Assembly: GCA_001824215.1 (NCBI GenBank)
Contig: MHWS01000005.1
Location: 1,219-43,881, forward strand
Length of the DNA: 42,663 nt
DNA from: Candidatus Zambryskibacteria bacterium RIFCSPLOWO2_12_FULL_39_16
GTDB taxonomy: Bacteria > Patescibacteriota > Minisyncoccia > Phycocordibacterales > WO2-35-19
Direction: 5' to 3'
The position numbers were made by a program, and so were the translations under genes. How positions within the stretch are numbered: position 1 is the first letter of the stretch; every line of letters begins with the position of its first letter. Below, one piece after another: positions 27,231 to 35,492 of this stretch. A model generated the notes under the pieces. The model saw only the letters and a list, made by a program, of their open reading frames with translations, had not been told where the DNA came from and ran no database searches.

Positions 27231-27614
27231 ATGAAAGACTGCATTTTTTGCAAAATAGCAAATAGAGAAATACCAGCTCATATAGTCTATGAAAATAAAG
27301 ATTTTTTGGCATTTTTGGATATAAACCCTAAATCCCCCGGACATTGTCAAGTAATCCCCAAAAAACACTACCGATGGGTTTGGGATGTGCCTAATATAGG
27401 GGAATATTCCAAAGTTGTTCAACAAATAGCCAAAGCTCTGCAAAAAGCATTCAAAACTGATTGGGTGCTTTCAAAAGTTATAGGAGACGAGGTGGAACAC
27501 GCCCATATCTGGGTTTACCCCGCCTGGGCGGGGGCGACTCCAAACTCCGAAATCAAAGGTGATTTGAAAGATTTTGAAGGAAACGCCAAAAAGATAATTA
27601 AAGAATTAAAATAA
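27231..27614 (+). CDS. HIT family nucleotide hydrolase
   Basis: DCIFCKI, AFLDINP..PGH, HAHIW (third His of the triad replaced by Trp). Confidence 0.9.
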   Translation: MKDCIFCKIANREIPAHIVYENKDFLAFLDINPKSPGHCQVIPKKHYRWVWDVPNIGEYSKVVQQIAKALQKAFKTDWVLSKVIGDEVEHAHIWVYPAWAGATPNSEIKGDLKDFEGNAKKIIKELK

Positions 27615-27655
27615 AAATTTCCAGCCGTAAGAATTCTGCCCGTCCATAAAAAACA

Positions 27656-27685
27656 TAGCCTCGCCAACCGAAGTTGGCGAGGCTA
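27656..27685 (-). terminator. Perfect 13-bp hairpin (terminator and/or DGR target hairpin)
   Basis: TAGCCTCGCCAAC-TTCG-GTTGGCGAGGCTA then TGTTTTTT on the minus strand, 11 nt after the stop at 27697. Confidence 0.75.
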
Positions 27686-27696
27686 GTGACAAAGTG

Positions 27697-28404
27697 TTAA
27701 AGAGACCCAGTGTAGTTGCAGAAGAAGAAACGGCGGTCGGCAGACCAGACACTGCCGCGGCCAAGCCCGCGGACGTCCACGCGCCAACGGCTGCCGTCCA
27801 AGCGCGCGTAGACGACCGAGACACTTTCGTTTTTGTCTTCTACAAAGAAGAAGTTGGCATAGCCATTGATTCTGAGACCAATGTCTTCACCCGCTTCTTG
27901 TCGCTCAATGAACGACTCAATTGTGGGAAGTGTCGTACAGCAGTTACGTTCTTTGAGAAGCTTGACGAGAGTCTCTACATTGCTAGACTGGCCAAGAAAA
28001 GTCCCCATCACTTTCTTGAACGTTGCCGATTGCGAGAGTTGATTGATTGAGAACTTACTCTCTCGTTGTTCGGGCTGTTCTTTCGGAAACCAAGCATCCA
28101 GATTGTTGTCGCGGTAGTAGTACCGCTTCTTATTGGTAAAGCAATCGCGAGTTTTCTTTCCCGCAACTGCCGGCGTTGTGATTGTTTTGACCAAAGTGAG
28201 AAGCGATACTACCGTTTCTTTCGCTTTCTTTAGCACGATTTCGGCACGACCCTGGATCAAATCTAGAACACAACCAAGGATAGCTGGGTTGGTCAAACAT
28301 TTCACGTCCCCAGCCGCCCATTCTGATCCATCGCTTCCGCGAGCCGCGCGAAAAGCCAGCTCTAATTCGTTTGCAAGTCCAACATCGAGCATAAGATCGC
28401 TCAT
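27697..28404 (-). CDS. Hypothetical protein with DGR variable-region-like C-terminus (putative remote DGR target)
   Basis: Start MSDLML with GGAAAGGA RBS; C-terminus VSVVYARLDGSRWRVDVRGLGRGSVWSADRRFFF is encoded by A-poor, NNC-rich codons. Confidence 0.65.
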   Translation of the reverse strand: MSDLMLDVGLANELELAFRAARGSDGSEWAAGDVKCLTNPAILGCVLDLIQGRAEIVLKKAKETVVSLLTLVKTITTPAVAGKKTRDCFTNKKRYYYRDNNLDAWFPKEQPEQRESKFSINQLSQSATFKKVMGTFLGQSSNVETLVKLLKERNCCTTLPTIESFIERQEAGEDIGLRINGYANFFFVEDKNESVSVVYARLDGSRWRVDVRGLGRGSVWSADRRFFFCNYTGSL

Positions 28405-28531
28405 AATTGTCTTCCTTTCCCGCAATATAGTTCCAACGAACATAGTTGCTATGTGAATTTGCATCCGAGTTTCGTTATATCACAGAATAATAAAAATACA
28501 ACCTTTTGTTAAAATAGGCCTTAAAAACAGC

Positions 28532-29524
28532 TCATTTAAGGACTTCAATTCCAGGCAAAGTGCCGGTAGCCAAAAAATCGAGCATAGCGCCGCCGGCGGT
28601 TGAGATGAAGCCGTGAGTTGAAATTTCGTCTTTGATGTCTGGTTTCAGAATTGCTAAAGTGTCCCCCCCACCGACTATTACTTTAGCTTCGGATTGAGCC
28701 AGCATTCTGGCTAGAGCCATCGTACCGGCTATAAAACCTTTTTCGTAATTACCCAAAGGCCCGTTCCATAAAATAAACTTTGCCTGTTTTATTTTTGGTC
28801 TTAGTGTTTCTAAAGTTTCAATATTGGCGTCCAAAGCCTTAATATCGCCGATAGGAAAAATAATTTTTGGATTGTCAGCGATAGGATTGCCTGCACTATC
28901 AGACATTTCCGAAGCTCTGATAGCCAAAGCTCCGCCGATAAAAATATCGTCGGCAATATTTAAAAATTTCTGAACCAAAGGCAATTTTGTTTCAAATTTT
29001 GCCCCACCCAAAACAAATAGAAAAGGATGCTCCGGATTAAAAGCTTCCTCTAATTTTTGGTATTCTTCTAAAAAATGGAAGCCTACATATGAGATTATAA
29101 ACTTCGGCACCCCTACGATTGAAGCATGCTCTCGATGCGAGACAGAAAAGGCTTCGTTTACATAAATATCCGCTTTGCTCGCTAATTCTTTTGCAAACTC
29201 TTCGCTGTTCAACTCTTCCCCCGGATTTTTTCTTAGATTTTCCAAAAATTCCACCCCTTCTGTCAAAACCGGGTAATGTTTTTTTGCAAAATCTATAACA
29301 GGCTCTAAAGAATCGCCTTCTCTGCCGAAGTGGCTCATAACAATCGGCCTACCACCGCATTTTTTTATATAATTTATGGTTGAAAAGGATGCTTCAATGC
29401 GTGAAGCGTCCAATACCTCTCTTACCCCTCCTACGTCGGGATCCCCTACGGGGACATTCCAATCAACTCTTACTAGCACTCTCATATCGTCTTTTATATT
29501 TGCATCTTCAATTGATTTAATCAT
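28532..29524 (-). CDS. pgk: Phosphoglycerate kinase (short, 330 aa)
   Basis: VRVDWNVP, MSHFGR, LENLR, VNEAF..SHR.HAS, LGGAK, WNGPLG, GGGDT, STAGGA. Confidence 0.95.
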   Translation of the reverse strand: MIKSIEDANIKDDMRVLVRVDWNVPVGDPDVGGVREVLDASRIEASFSTINYIKKCGGRPIVMSHFGREGDSLEPVIDFAKKHYPVLTEGVEFLENLRKNPGEELNSEEFAKELASKADIYVNEAFSVSHREHASIVGVPKFIISYVGFHFLEEYQKLEEAFNPEHPFLFVLGGAKFETKLPLVQKFLNIADDIFIGGALAIRASEMSDSAGNPIADNPKIIFPIGDIKALDANIETLETLRPKIKQAKFILWNGPLGNYEKGFIAGTMALARMLAQSEAKVIVGGGDTLAILKPDIKDEISTHGFISTAGGAMLDFLATGTLPGIEVLK

Positions 29525-29528
29525 AAAT

Positions 29529-30299
29529 TCATCTTTTCAAATCAGCCGCTTTTAGAATAGCGGAAAATTGTTCAGCAGAAAGAGAAGCATGACCCACAAG
29601 AAAACCGTCAATATTGCCGTATTCCACAATAGACCCTGCATTTTCTGCTTCAACAGAGCCGCCATAAAGGATCTTGGAACCCACAGCAATATCTCCGCCA
29701 AAAAGTTCGCCTATGACTTTTTTTATAAATAAAGTCGTTTCATGTATATCAGTCGGCGTCATTGCTTCTTTATATGATTTGCCTATGGCCCAAATAGGTT
29801 CATAAGCAACAATAATGCCAACTAGATATTTTTTATGCAAACCGGTAAGGCATTCTTTAATTTGATTTTTAATAAAAGCCAAATGATTTCCATCCTTGTC
29901 TCTCTCTTTTTCTCCAACACACAATATCGGTATCAAATCTGTATCAAAAGCAACCTGCAGTTTTTTCCTGATTATCTCGTTACTTTCACCCATCGCCCTC
30001 CTTTCAGAATGGCCGATGATTGAAAATTTGGTCCCTATACCTTTTGCCATATCAGCGCTTACTTCACCTGTAAAAGCTCCTTTTATTTCACTGGCGATAT
30101 TTTGAACTCCAAAAAATACATTCTTGGGATGATTTAATTTTAAGAGAGGGTAAAGGAAAGGGAAGGGTGGACAGATGATAATGTCAGTATTTCTAATGCC
30201 TTTTGCCAAACCCCTCACCGAATTGAACACTTTTTTGGCTTCAATCAGTGTTTCCGGGCTCATTTTCCAGTTAGCTACTACGATATCACGTCTTTTCAT
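29529..30299 (-). CDS. tpiA: Triosephosphate isomerase
   Basis: ANWKM, IIGHSERR, AYEPIWAIG, LYGGSV, DGFLVG. Confidence 0.97.
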   Translation of the reverse strand: MKRRDIVVANWKMSPETLIEAKKVFNSVRGLAKGIRNTDIIICPPFPFLYPLLKLNHPKNVFFGVQNIASEIKGAFTGEVSADMAKGIGTKFSIIGHSERRAMGESNEIIRKKLQVAFDTDLIPILCVGEKERDKDGNHLAFIKNQIKECLTGLHKKYLVGIIVAYEPIWAIGKSYKEAMTPTDIHETTLFIKKVIGELFGGDIAVGSKILYGGSVEAENAGSIVEYGNIDGFLVGHASLSAEQFSAILKAADLKR

Positions 30300-30307
30300 T
30301 TAATTTA

Positions 30308-30351
30308 ATTTAGCGAAATTATGTCGCGGCTCCGTCAATTAAGACGCGACC
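30308..30351 (-). promoter_or_regulatory. Conserved 5'-leader hairpin motif, copy 2 (before tpiA)
   Basis: GGTCGCGTCTTAATTGACGGAGCCGCGACATAATTTCGCTAAAT, 8 nt before ATG 30299; TATAAT 3 nt upstream. Confidence 0.75.
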
Positions 30352-30362
30352 TCTATTATACC

Positions 30363-31787
30363 CTAAATTTCTTCCCAAGAAAGAATACTGTACTGGTCGG
30401 AAGTGAGAGGGAAAGAGGGAGGCGGACCGTAAAGAAGATTGGCATCGTAGTTTATGTTTCTTGTTAGATAGCCGGTATTGTCCGTATATGCAAAACCATA
30501 ACGGATACTGGTGGCAATCATGCCGTAAAGATTGAGGACACTCCTGACATTATACGGCGAGCAGTCGCTCTCATAATAATATCTGCCCACTCTGCCATTT
30601 TGAGAAACCAAAGCGGCATCGATGGTCAGGTTGGTATCCGAAACCATCCCAACATTCAAATTTCCTTGTGAAATAAGAGCTATAACATCCGTACCGTCAA
30701 GATTTGTGTAAGTAAGGTCGTTGTTTATGGTAAGTTGAGGTCTATTTGATGGATTATCAGGAAAACGGCCGACAGCAATAGTCACTCTAGCGCTATCTAT
30801 AGCACCTTCCACCCAAGTATTGTCTTCTACGAATATAAGTCCGTTTGCTGGTATTGCATAATTACCTACAAGTGTACGACCATTTACGCTCCAAGTGTTC
30901 CAATTGGTCTGATTTGCCACATTGGTGCAATTACTAGGAGGATTTGTCTGCGAATTTACTTTATAAACATCAAAAGTATCGTTCGTTTTTAAAATAATCT
31001 GATAACCTTGAGCGCCGGAGGCCGCAAAATACTTGCCACTGGTTTGAGCGTCAGATTTTATATTTGCCAGATTATTTGTCAGACTGGTGAAATCCACTGC
31101 TGGGACAGGAAATTGTCTACCAACTTCAAAAACGTCCGTGCGTGAAGGTACAGCAGTCGGAGGCGATGGGTCATCAGGATTAAGACAAGTATGAACCGCA
31201 AATGAAGAGTTGTTGTTGCAATCATCGAAATCAGGATCGTTATAAGAAGACAGGGCGCTAGTGACGATATTATGAGCCAAACCATCAAAACGGATGCCCT
31301 GATTTGAATGTATTGGACCAAAAACTTCCGTTCCTGCCCCAAAACGCATTACATCATTTGATACTACAGAATATTTTGCCAAAGAAGGTATGGCCATTTC
31401 CACCCTAATGGCCCTAGAAATAGTCGAACTCACCGGAGTACCAGTCGATTCAATACGAACTTTGGTTGAACCAATAATTGGCGGCGTAATAGACAAGCTG
31501 AATTGCCCAACTAGATTATTATCTTTGTCAAAAACTTGATGGATATAAGGTCCTGCTACTCCGGTACCATCTTGATAATCGGTATGATTGTGAGCCAAAT
31601 GCCATCTATAATAATCAATACCTGATTCGGCCAATTCTATGGCATTTTCTCTCGTTACAAGTTGCCTATTTGCTTGCATTGTAATTTGAGCCCATTTCAT
31701 AATACCGCCCATAATTATTATGGATATGGATGAAAAAATAATTATAGGAATGAGTAGCTGCCCCTTTTCCAGATTTAAAATTTTCAT
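30363..31787 (-). CDS. PilX-like type IV pilus accessory protein
   Basis: KG/QLLIPIIIF prepilin-like N-terminus, AIELAESGIDYY; located in the pilus operon. Confidence 0.75.
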   Translation of the reverse strand: MKILNLEKGQLLIPIIIFSSISIIIMGGIMKWAQITMQANRQLVTRENAIELAESGIDYYRWHLAHNHTDYQDGTGVAGPYIHQVFDKDNNLVGQFSLSITPPIIGSTKVRIESTGTPVSSTISRAIRVEMAIPSLAKYSVVSNDVMRFGAGTEVFGPIHSNQGIRFDGLAHNIVTSALSSYNDPDFDDCNNNSSFAVHTCLNPDDPSPPTAVPSRTDVFEVGRQFPVPAVDFTSLTNNLANIKSDAQTSGKYFAASGAQGYQIILKTNDTFDVYKVNSQTNPPSNCTNVANQTNWNTWSVNGRTLVGNYAIPANGLIFVEDNTWVEGAIDSARVTIAVGRFPDNPSNRPQLTINNDLTYTNLDGTDVIALISQGNLNVGMVSDTNLTIDAALVSQNGRVGRYYYESDCSPYNVRSVLNLYGMIATSIRYGFAYTDNTGYLTRNINYDANLLYGPPPSFPLTSDQYSILSWEEI

Positions 31788-32398
31788 AGATTATCTTTAA
31801 GATTACGCAAAAATACCTGACTTGTGACGATAACTGGCCCAATAGTCTTGGTTGGATTTGTGTCTTCTTCTATTTTAAGAGTAACTCGGACAAGCCTCAC
31901 TTGGGTTATCTGCACCGGTTGAACGAGCGGAGTGCTAGTGCCAGTATAAGAAGAGTCAAAATATTCAAAAATCGGAGAAACACCATTGTTTATACCAGTC
32001 ACCAAAGTGCTTATTTGTTCATTGGCCGAGTTATAAGAAAGCGGAGAGCCGGACGGTTTGATTATTCCTCTTTTCAAATCTTTGTCGGAAAGAAAATATC
32101 TTATCTGCTCTTTGTATGGATCACTATCAATGTTGGAGAAAAATGTTATTCCTGTAGTACTGGCCAAACTTATGGTGTACGAACCCAAGCTTGACGGGGA
32201 AGCGCTTCGGAGTTCTTTTACCATGTTTTTGAGCACCCTTCTAGCGTCCGTTTGGGCGCTTAAATTTTTTTGGGCATTTGAATTGAAAGAAAAGATGCTG
32301 TTGCCAAAATTGAAAACTGCTATAAAGATAACTGAGCTAATGGCAACCACTACGATTATTTCAGTCAAAGTAAATCCTTTTTTGTTAAAAATTTTCAT
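31784..32398 (-). CDS. Minor pilin (PilW-like)
   Basis: KKG/FTLTEIIVVVAI; C-terminal VFLRN. Confidence 0.88.
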   Translation of the reverse strand: MKIFNKKGFTLTEIIVVVAISSVIFIAVFNFGNSIFSFNSNAQKNLSAQTDARRVLKNMVKELRSASPSSLGSYTISLASTTGITFFSNIDSDPYKEQIRYFLSDKDLKRGIIKPSGSPLSYNSANEQISTLVTGINNGVSPIFEYFDSSYTGTSTPLVQPVQITQVRLVRVTLKIEEDTNPTKTIGPVIVTSQVFLRNLKDNL

Positions 32399-32403
32399 AT
32401 TGT

Positions 32404-34191
32404 TTATTGAGGAGACATACTAGCTCCTATGCCCTGCCAATCGCCGTTAGTTATGATATTTACTCCATAAGTTTGATTTTGGTAGCCACTTTTCTCCAGA
32501 AGCAAATCGTGGTTGCCAGACGAAAGATTGCTGAACAAAGCCTGACCTGGCGGTATGCAGTCAGAGGTATAAGTAACGGCAATACTTGCGACATTCGGCG
32601 TCTTGTTATCTGCCGCGCTACTCAAAAATACTTTATACCTGAAATATCTGTCGCCGTTATGAACAGGATTTATGTTGTTGTCTGAGAGAGTGTAATAAGT
32701 GGCTCCCGTGCCGTCAGACCCCAGATACTGCCATGTGGTGGTTGCTGTACTGTCTCCAGATGTTGCCAGTTGAAACTTCACACTATCAGTGCCGGATTGT
32801 GGAGGTTGGTCAGTCGGAGTCCATACTATGCTGCTGAAATTTGACGAAGTACCTGTATCAAAAATAGATGAAGTAAGAACTCCGGAAGAGACGTAAGATC
32901 CGAGTACTTTAAGCAATTTCAATTCTCCCGCTGGGGAATTGGTATCGATATTACCATCACTGCTCCAATATTTTGTCTGGTCCGTAAAATCGCTCTGGCC
33001 GGCACCCCCAGACCAATCGGTTTGTTCCAGATAACCCATACCGGTAATTTGGGATGCCGAAAAACTTCCTTGAGTGAGAGTAAGATTTACTCCAGAAAGA
33101 GGCAACCCTGTGGCACTATCTTTTACTGTAACAAGAAGATTATTGGGTGCCCCTTGAGCAAGGATAATATCAACATTTTGAGTCGAATCCGGAAGTACTG
33201 CAAAAGGCGACGGCGGATTGACGCCAGCCAGGTTAAACCCGCTTCCAACTGTAAATGTAAAGGTATCCCATTCCATATTACTGAGAATTTTTGAGCCAGA
33301 GGCATCAGTACTGAAGCTCCCGCTAAATTTTAAGACATCAGGATTAGTGCCTATAAGTTTAGCTCCGGTAATAGTAAACGGTACATCGGCTATCGGAGTA
33401 CATTGTATGTTTTTGGAGTAGACATTTATAGTGCTGACTTTGTCTATTACAAATGATATTTGAGTAAGTTGCTGTAAAATGACCGTAGCATCAAGTTTTA
33501 TCGGATGCGGATTGCTTACCGAAGCCGGATAGGTTCTATCTGTGGTATACCCATCCTTTGTAACTATAATCCTGTATGCATTTGAAGCGGGCGGCACATC
33601 AACAATTTCCAAAGTACCAGTATTGTTTGTAGTGTCGCTTATATTAATTCCTAAAGCGCCTTCAACGATACTGACATCAGCTTGAGACACCGGATTGCCA
33701 TTTGCATCAAACACTTTAACAAACAAAGCTCCGTTGGTTGAAGCCGTCTCAAGATTTTTTGGAGAAACGTTGGAAACAGATGAAATGTCCAAAGGATTTT
33801 TGCAAGCATTGCAGGAAACTTTTATTTGGACCATTTTATAATCGGCTGGAGAAAGATCGTTTGGCGAACCTCCAATGGTACCGTCAAAAGGGTCATCTAT
33901 GTTGCGGATCGTTCTTGTTATATCAAATTCCCTGCCGTCTTGGATAATAGTAGAAGTAGCCAAAAGAACCCCGTTTGGTATACCACCACTAAGCCCAACG
34001 TTCGAATAAGAAAGATTTCGTATAAGCTCAAACTCGCTGTTTATCAAATTCACCGCCGCTATTTTATCGCGAGAAGCCGAGATAAGAGCATTGATTGAAA
34101 TAAAACCCTGATAAATAGACATAGCCACTATAGCAAAAATAGATGATGCAACAATAACTTCTACCAAAGAAAATCCCTGACTATTTTTCAT
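32404..34191 (-). CDS. Large minor pilin with beta-sandwich (carboxypeptidase-regulatory-like) domains
   Basis: SQG/FSLVEVIV; GALFVKVFDANGNPVSQADV and LLVTVKDSATGLPLSGVNL repeats; GTG at 34203 is an alternative start. Confidence 0.85.
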   Translation of the reverse strand: MKNSQGFSLVEVIVASSIFAIVAMSIYQGFISINALISASRDKIAAVNLINSEFELIRNLSYSNVGLSGGIPNGVLLATSTIIQDGREFDITRTIRNIDDPFDGTIGGSPNDLSPADYKMVQIKVSCNACKNPLDISSVSNVSPKNLETASTNGALFVKVFDANGNPVSQADVSIVEGALGINISDTTNNTGTLEIVDVPPASNAYRIIVTKDGYTTDRTYPASVSNPHPIKLDATVILQQLTQISFVIDKVSTINVYSKNIQCTPIADVPFTITGAKLIGTNPDVLKFSGSFSTDASGSKILSNMEWDTFTFTVGSGFNLAGVNPPSPFAVLPDSTQNVDIILAQGAPNNLLVTVKDSATGLPLSGVNLTLTQGSFSASQITGMGYLEQTDWSGGAGQSDFTDQTKYWSSDGNIDTNSPAGELKLLKVLGSYVSSGVLTSSIFDTGTSSNFSSIVWTPTDQPPQSGTDSVKFQLATSGDSTATTTWQYLGSDGTGATYYTLSDNNINPVHNGDRYFRYKVFLSSAADNKTPNVASIAVTYTSDCIPPGQALFSNLSSGNHDLLLEKSGYQNQTYGVNIITNGDWQGIGASMSPQ

Positions 34192-34221
34192 TTTCACTTT
34201 CACTTTAATTTTTGGTTAACC

Positions 34222-35436
34222 TTACTGTATAGCGTCTACCAAAGAATATGTCGGTAACATCATAGCAATGGCAAAAATACCTACAGCAATACCCATAAGT
34301 ATCATAAGGAATGGCTCTATTATTGTCGATAAGTCTTTTGTTTTTTGGTCCACTTCGGTCTCATAGTAAGTGGCGATATTGTCTAACATCTCGGTCAATT
34401 TGCCGGTTTCCTCACCAACCGCAAGCATTTCTCCAACAAAAACCGGATAAAGGTTTCCTTTAGAATCCGAGAGTGATTGAGACAAGAGTTCACCGGTTTC
34501 CACTTTTTTGGACGCGCTATTCAGCAAATCTTTAAAATAATGATTTTGGAGAACATCGCTAGTGATGCCGATTGCCGAAAGAATACTCACTCCGGAGGAA
34601 ACAAGGGAAGAAAGAGTTCTGGCCGTCCTAGCAGCATTCACTTCTTTGGTCATAGTTTTAATCATTGGCATATGAAGAAGCACAAAATCGGAAGTATTCT
34701 TGCCATTTTTTGTTTTATGCCAAACAATATAGCTGAATACAGCTACAAAGATAGCCGCCAAAGTTAAAAAAATATTGCCTCTTAGAAAATCACTTATAGC
34801 TATGATAATCCTTGTGGGCAAAGGTAAAACTATGTTAAGCCCTTTAAAAGTCGATGTCAGTGTTGGCACCATATATATCATAAGAACAATACCAATGATC
34901 AACATGAGGCTGACGATAACCGCTGGGTAGATCATGGCTCCTTTTATTTTTTTCGAAAGGCTTTGAGACTTTTCAAGCTGATCAGCAATGATACGCAGAG
35001 AATACGAAAGTTTGCCAGATTCTTCACCCGCTTTAACCATGGAAACAAAGAGATTGGAAAATATGTCCGGATAAGCTTCCAAAGATTTGGATAATGTTTC
35101 TCCCCCACTGACCGAAGCATTTATGTTTTCAAAAACAGCAGTCTGACTTTTATTCTTTGATTGCTTGGAGAGTACAGTCAAAGCTCTGGAAATGGAAAGG
35201 CCGGCATCTATCATTACCGAAAGATTTTTAGCAAAAATGATAACCTGCTGAGATTTCATTTTTTTTCTCAGAGAAAAAAGTTTGATAGAAATTTTTGGAG
35301 ATCCCATTTCCTTAACCGATATTATCGAACCGTTATTAGAGCGTAGCGCCAAATAAAGCGCCGCTTTGTCAGAAAATTCTTTGGTTTCTTCAAATTCTTT
35401 TCCGTCTTTTATATATTTGTATTTATAAAAAGGCAT
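34222..35436 (-). CDS. pilC: Type IV pilus platform protein PilC (T2SS F family)
   Basis: MVKAGEESGKL, AMIYP, VGEETGKL, IIEP. Confidence 0.93.
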   Translation of the reverse strand: MPFYKYKYIKDGKEFEETKEFSDKAALYLALRSNNGSIISVKEMGSPKISIKLFSLRKKMKSQQVIIFAKNLSVMIDAGLSISRALTVLSKQSKNKSQTAVFENINASVSGGETLSKSLEAYPDIFSNLFVSMVKAGEESGKLSYSLRIIADQLEKSQSLSKKIKGAMIYPAVIVSLMLIIGIVLMIYMVPTLTSTFKGLNIVLPLPTRIIIAISDFLRGNIFLTLAAIFVAVFSYIVWHKTKNGKNTSDFVLLHMPMIKTMTKEVNAARTARTLSSLVSSGVSILSAIGITSDVLQNHYFKDLLNSASKKVETGELLSQSLSDSKGNLYPVFVGEMLAVGEETGKLTEMLDNIATYYETEVDQKTKDLSTIIEPFLMILMGIAVGIFAIAMMLPTYSLVDAIQ

Positions 35437-35492
35437 CGTTGCCTTTAATTATAGCAACAATAGAAAATAATATAGAAAAAATTGTGAGTATT

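Noticed and set aside
27207..27443. 79-aa N-terminal extension of RecJ in the ORF track
   Set aside because: It overlaps the HIT gene on the other strand; ATG 27206 has a fitting -10 box.
27606..28456. Alternative ORFs 27606-27824, 27694-28050 and 28133-28456
   Set aside because: Shadow frames of the GC-rich 27697-28404 gene, with no RBS or recognisable motifs.
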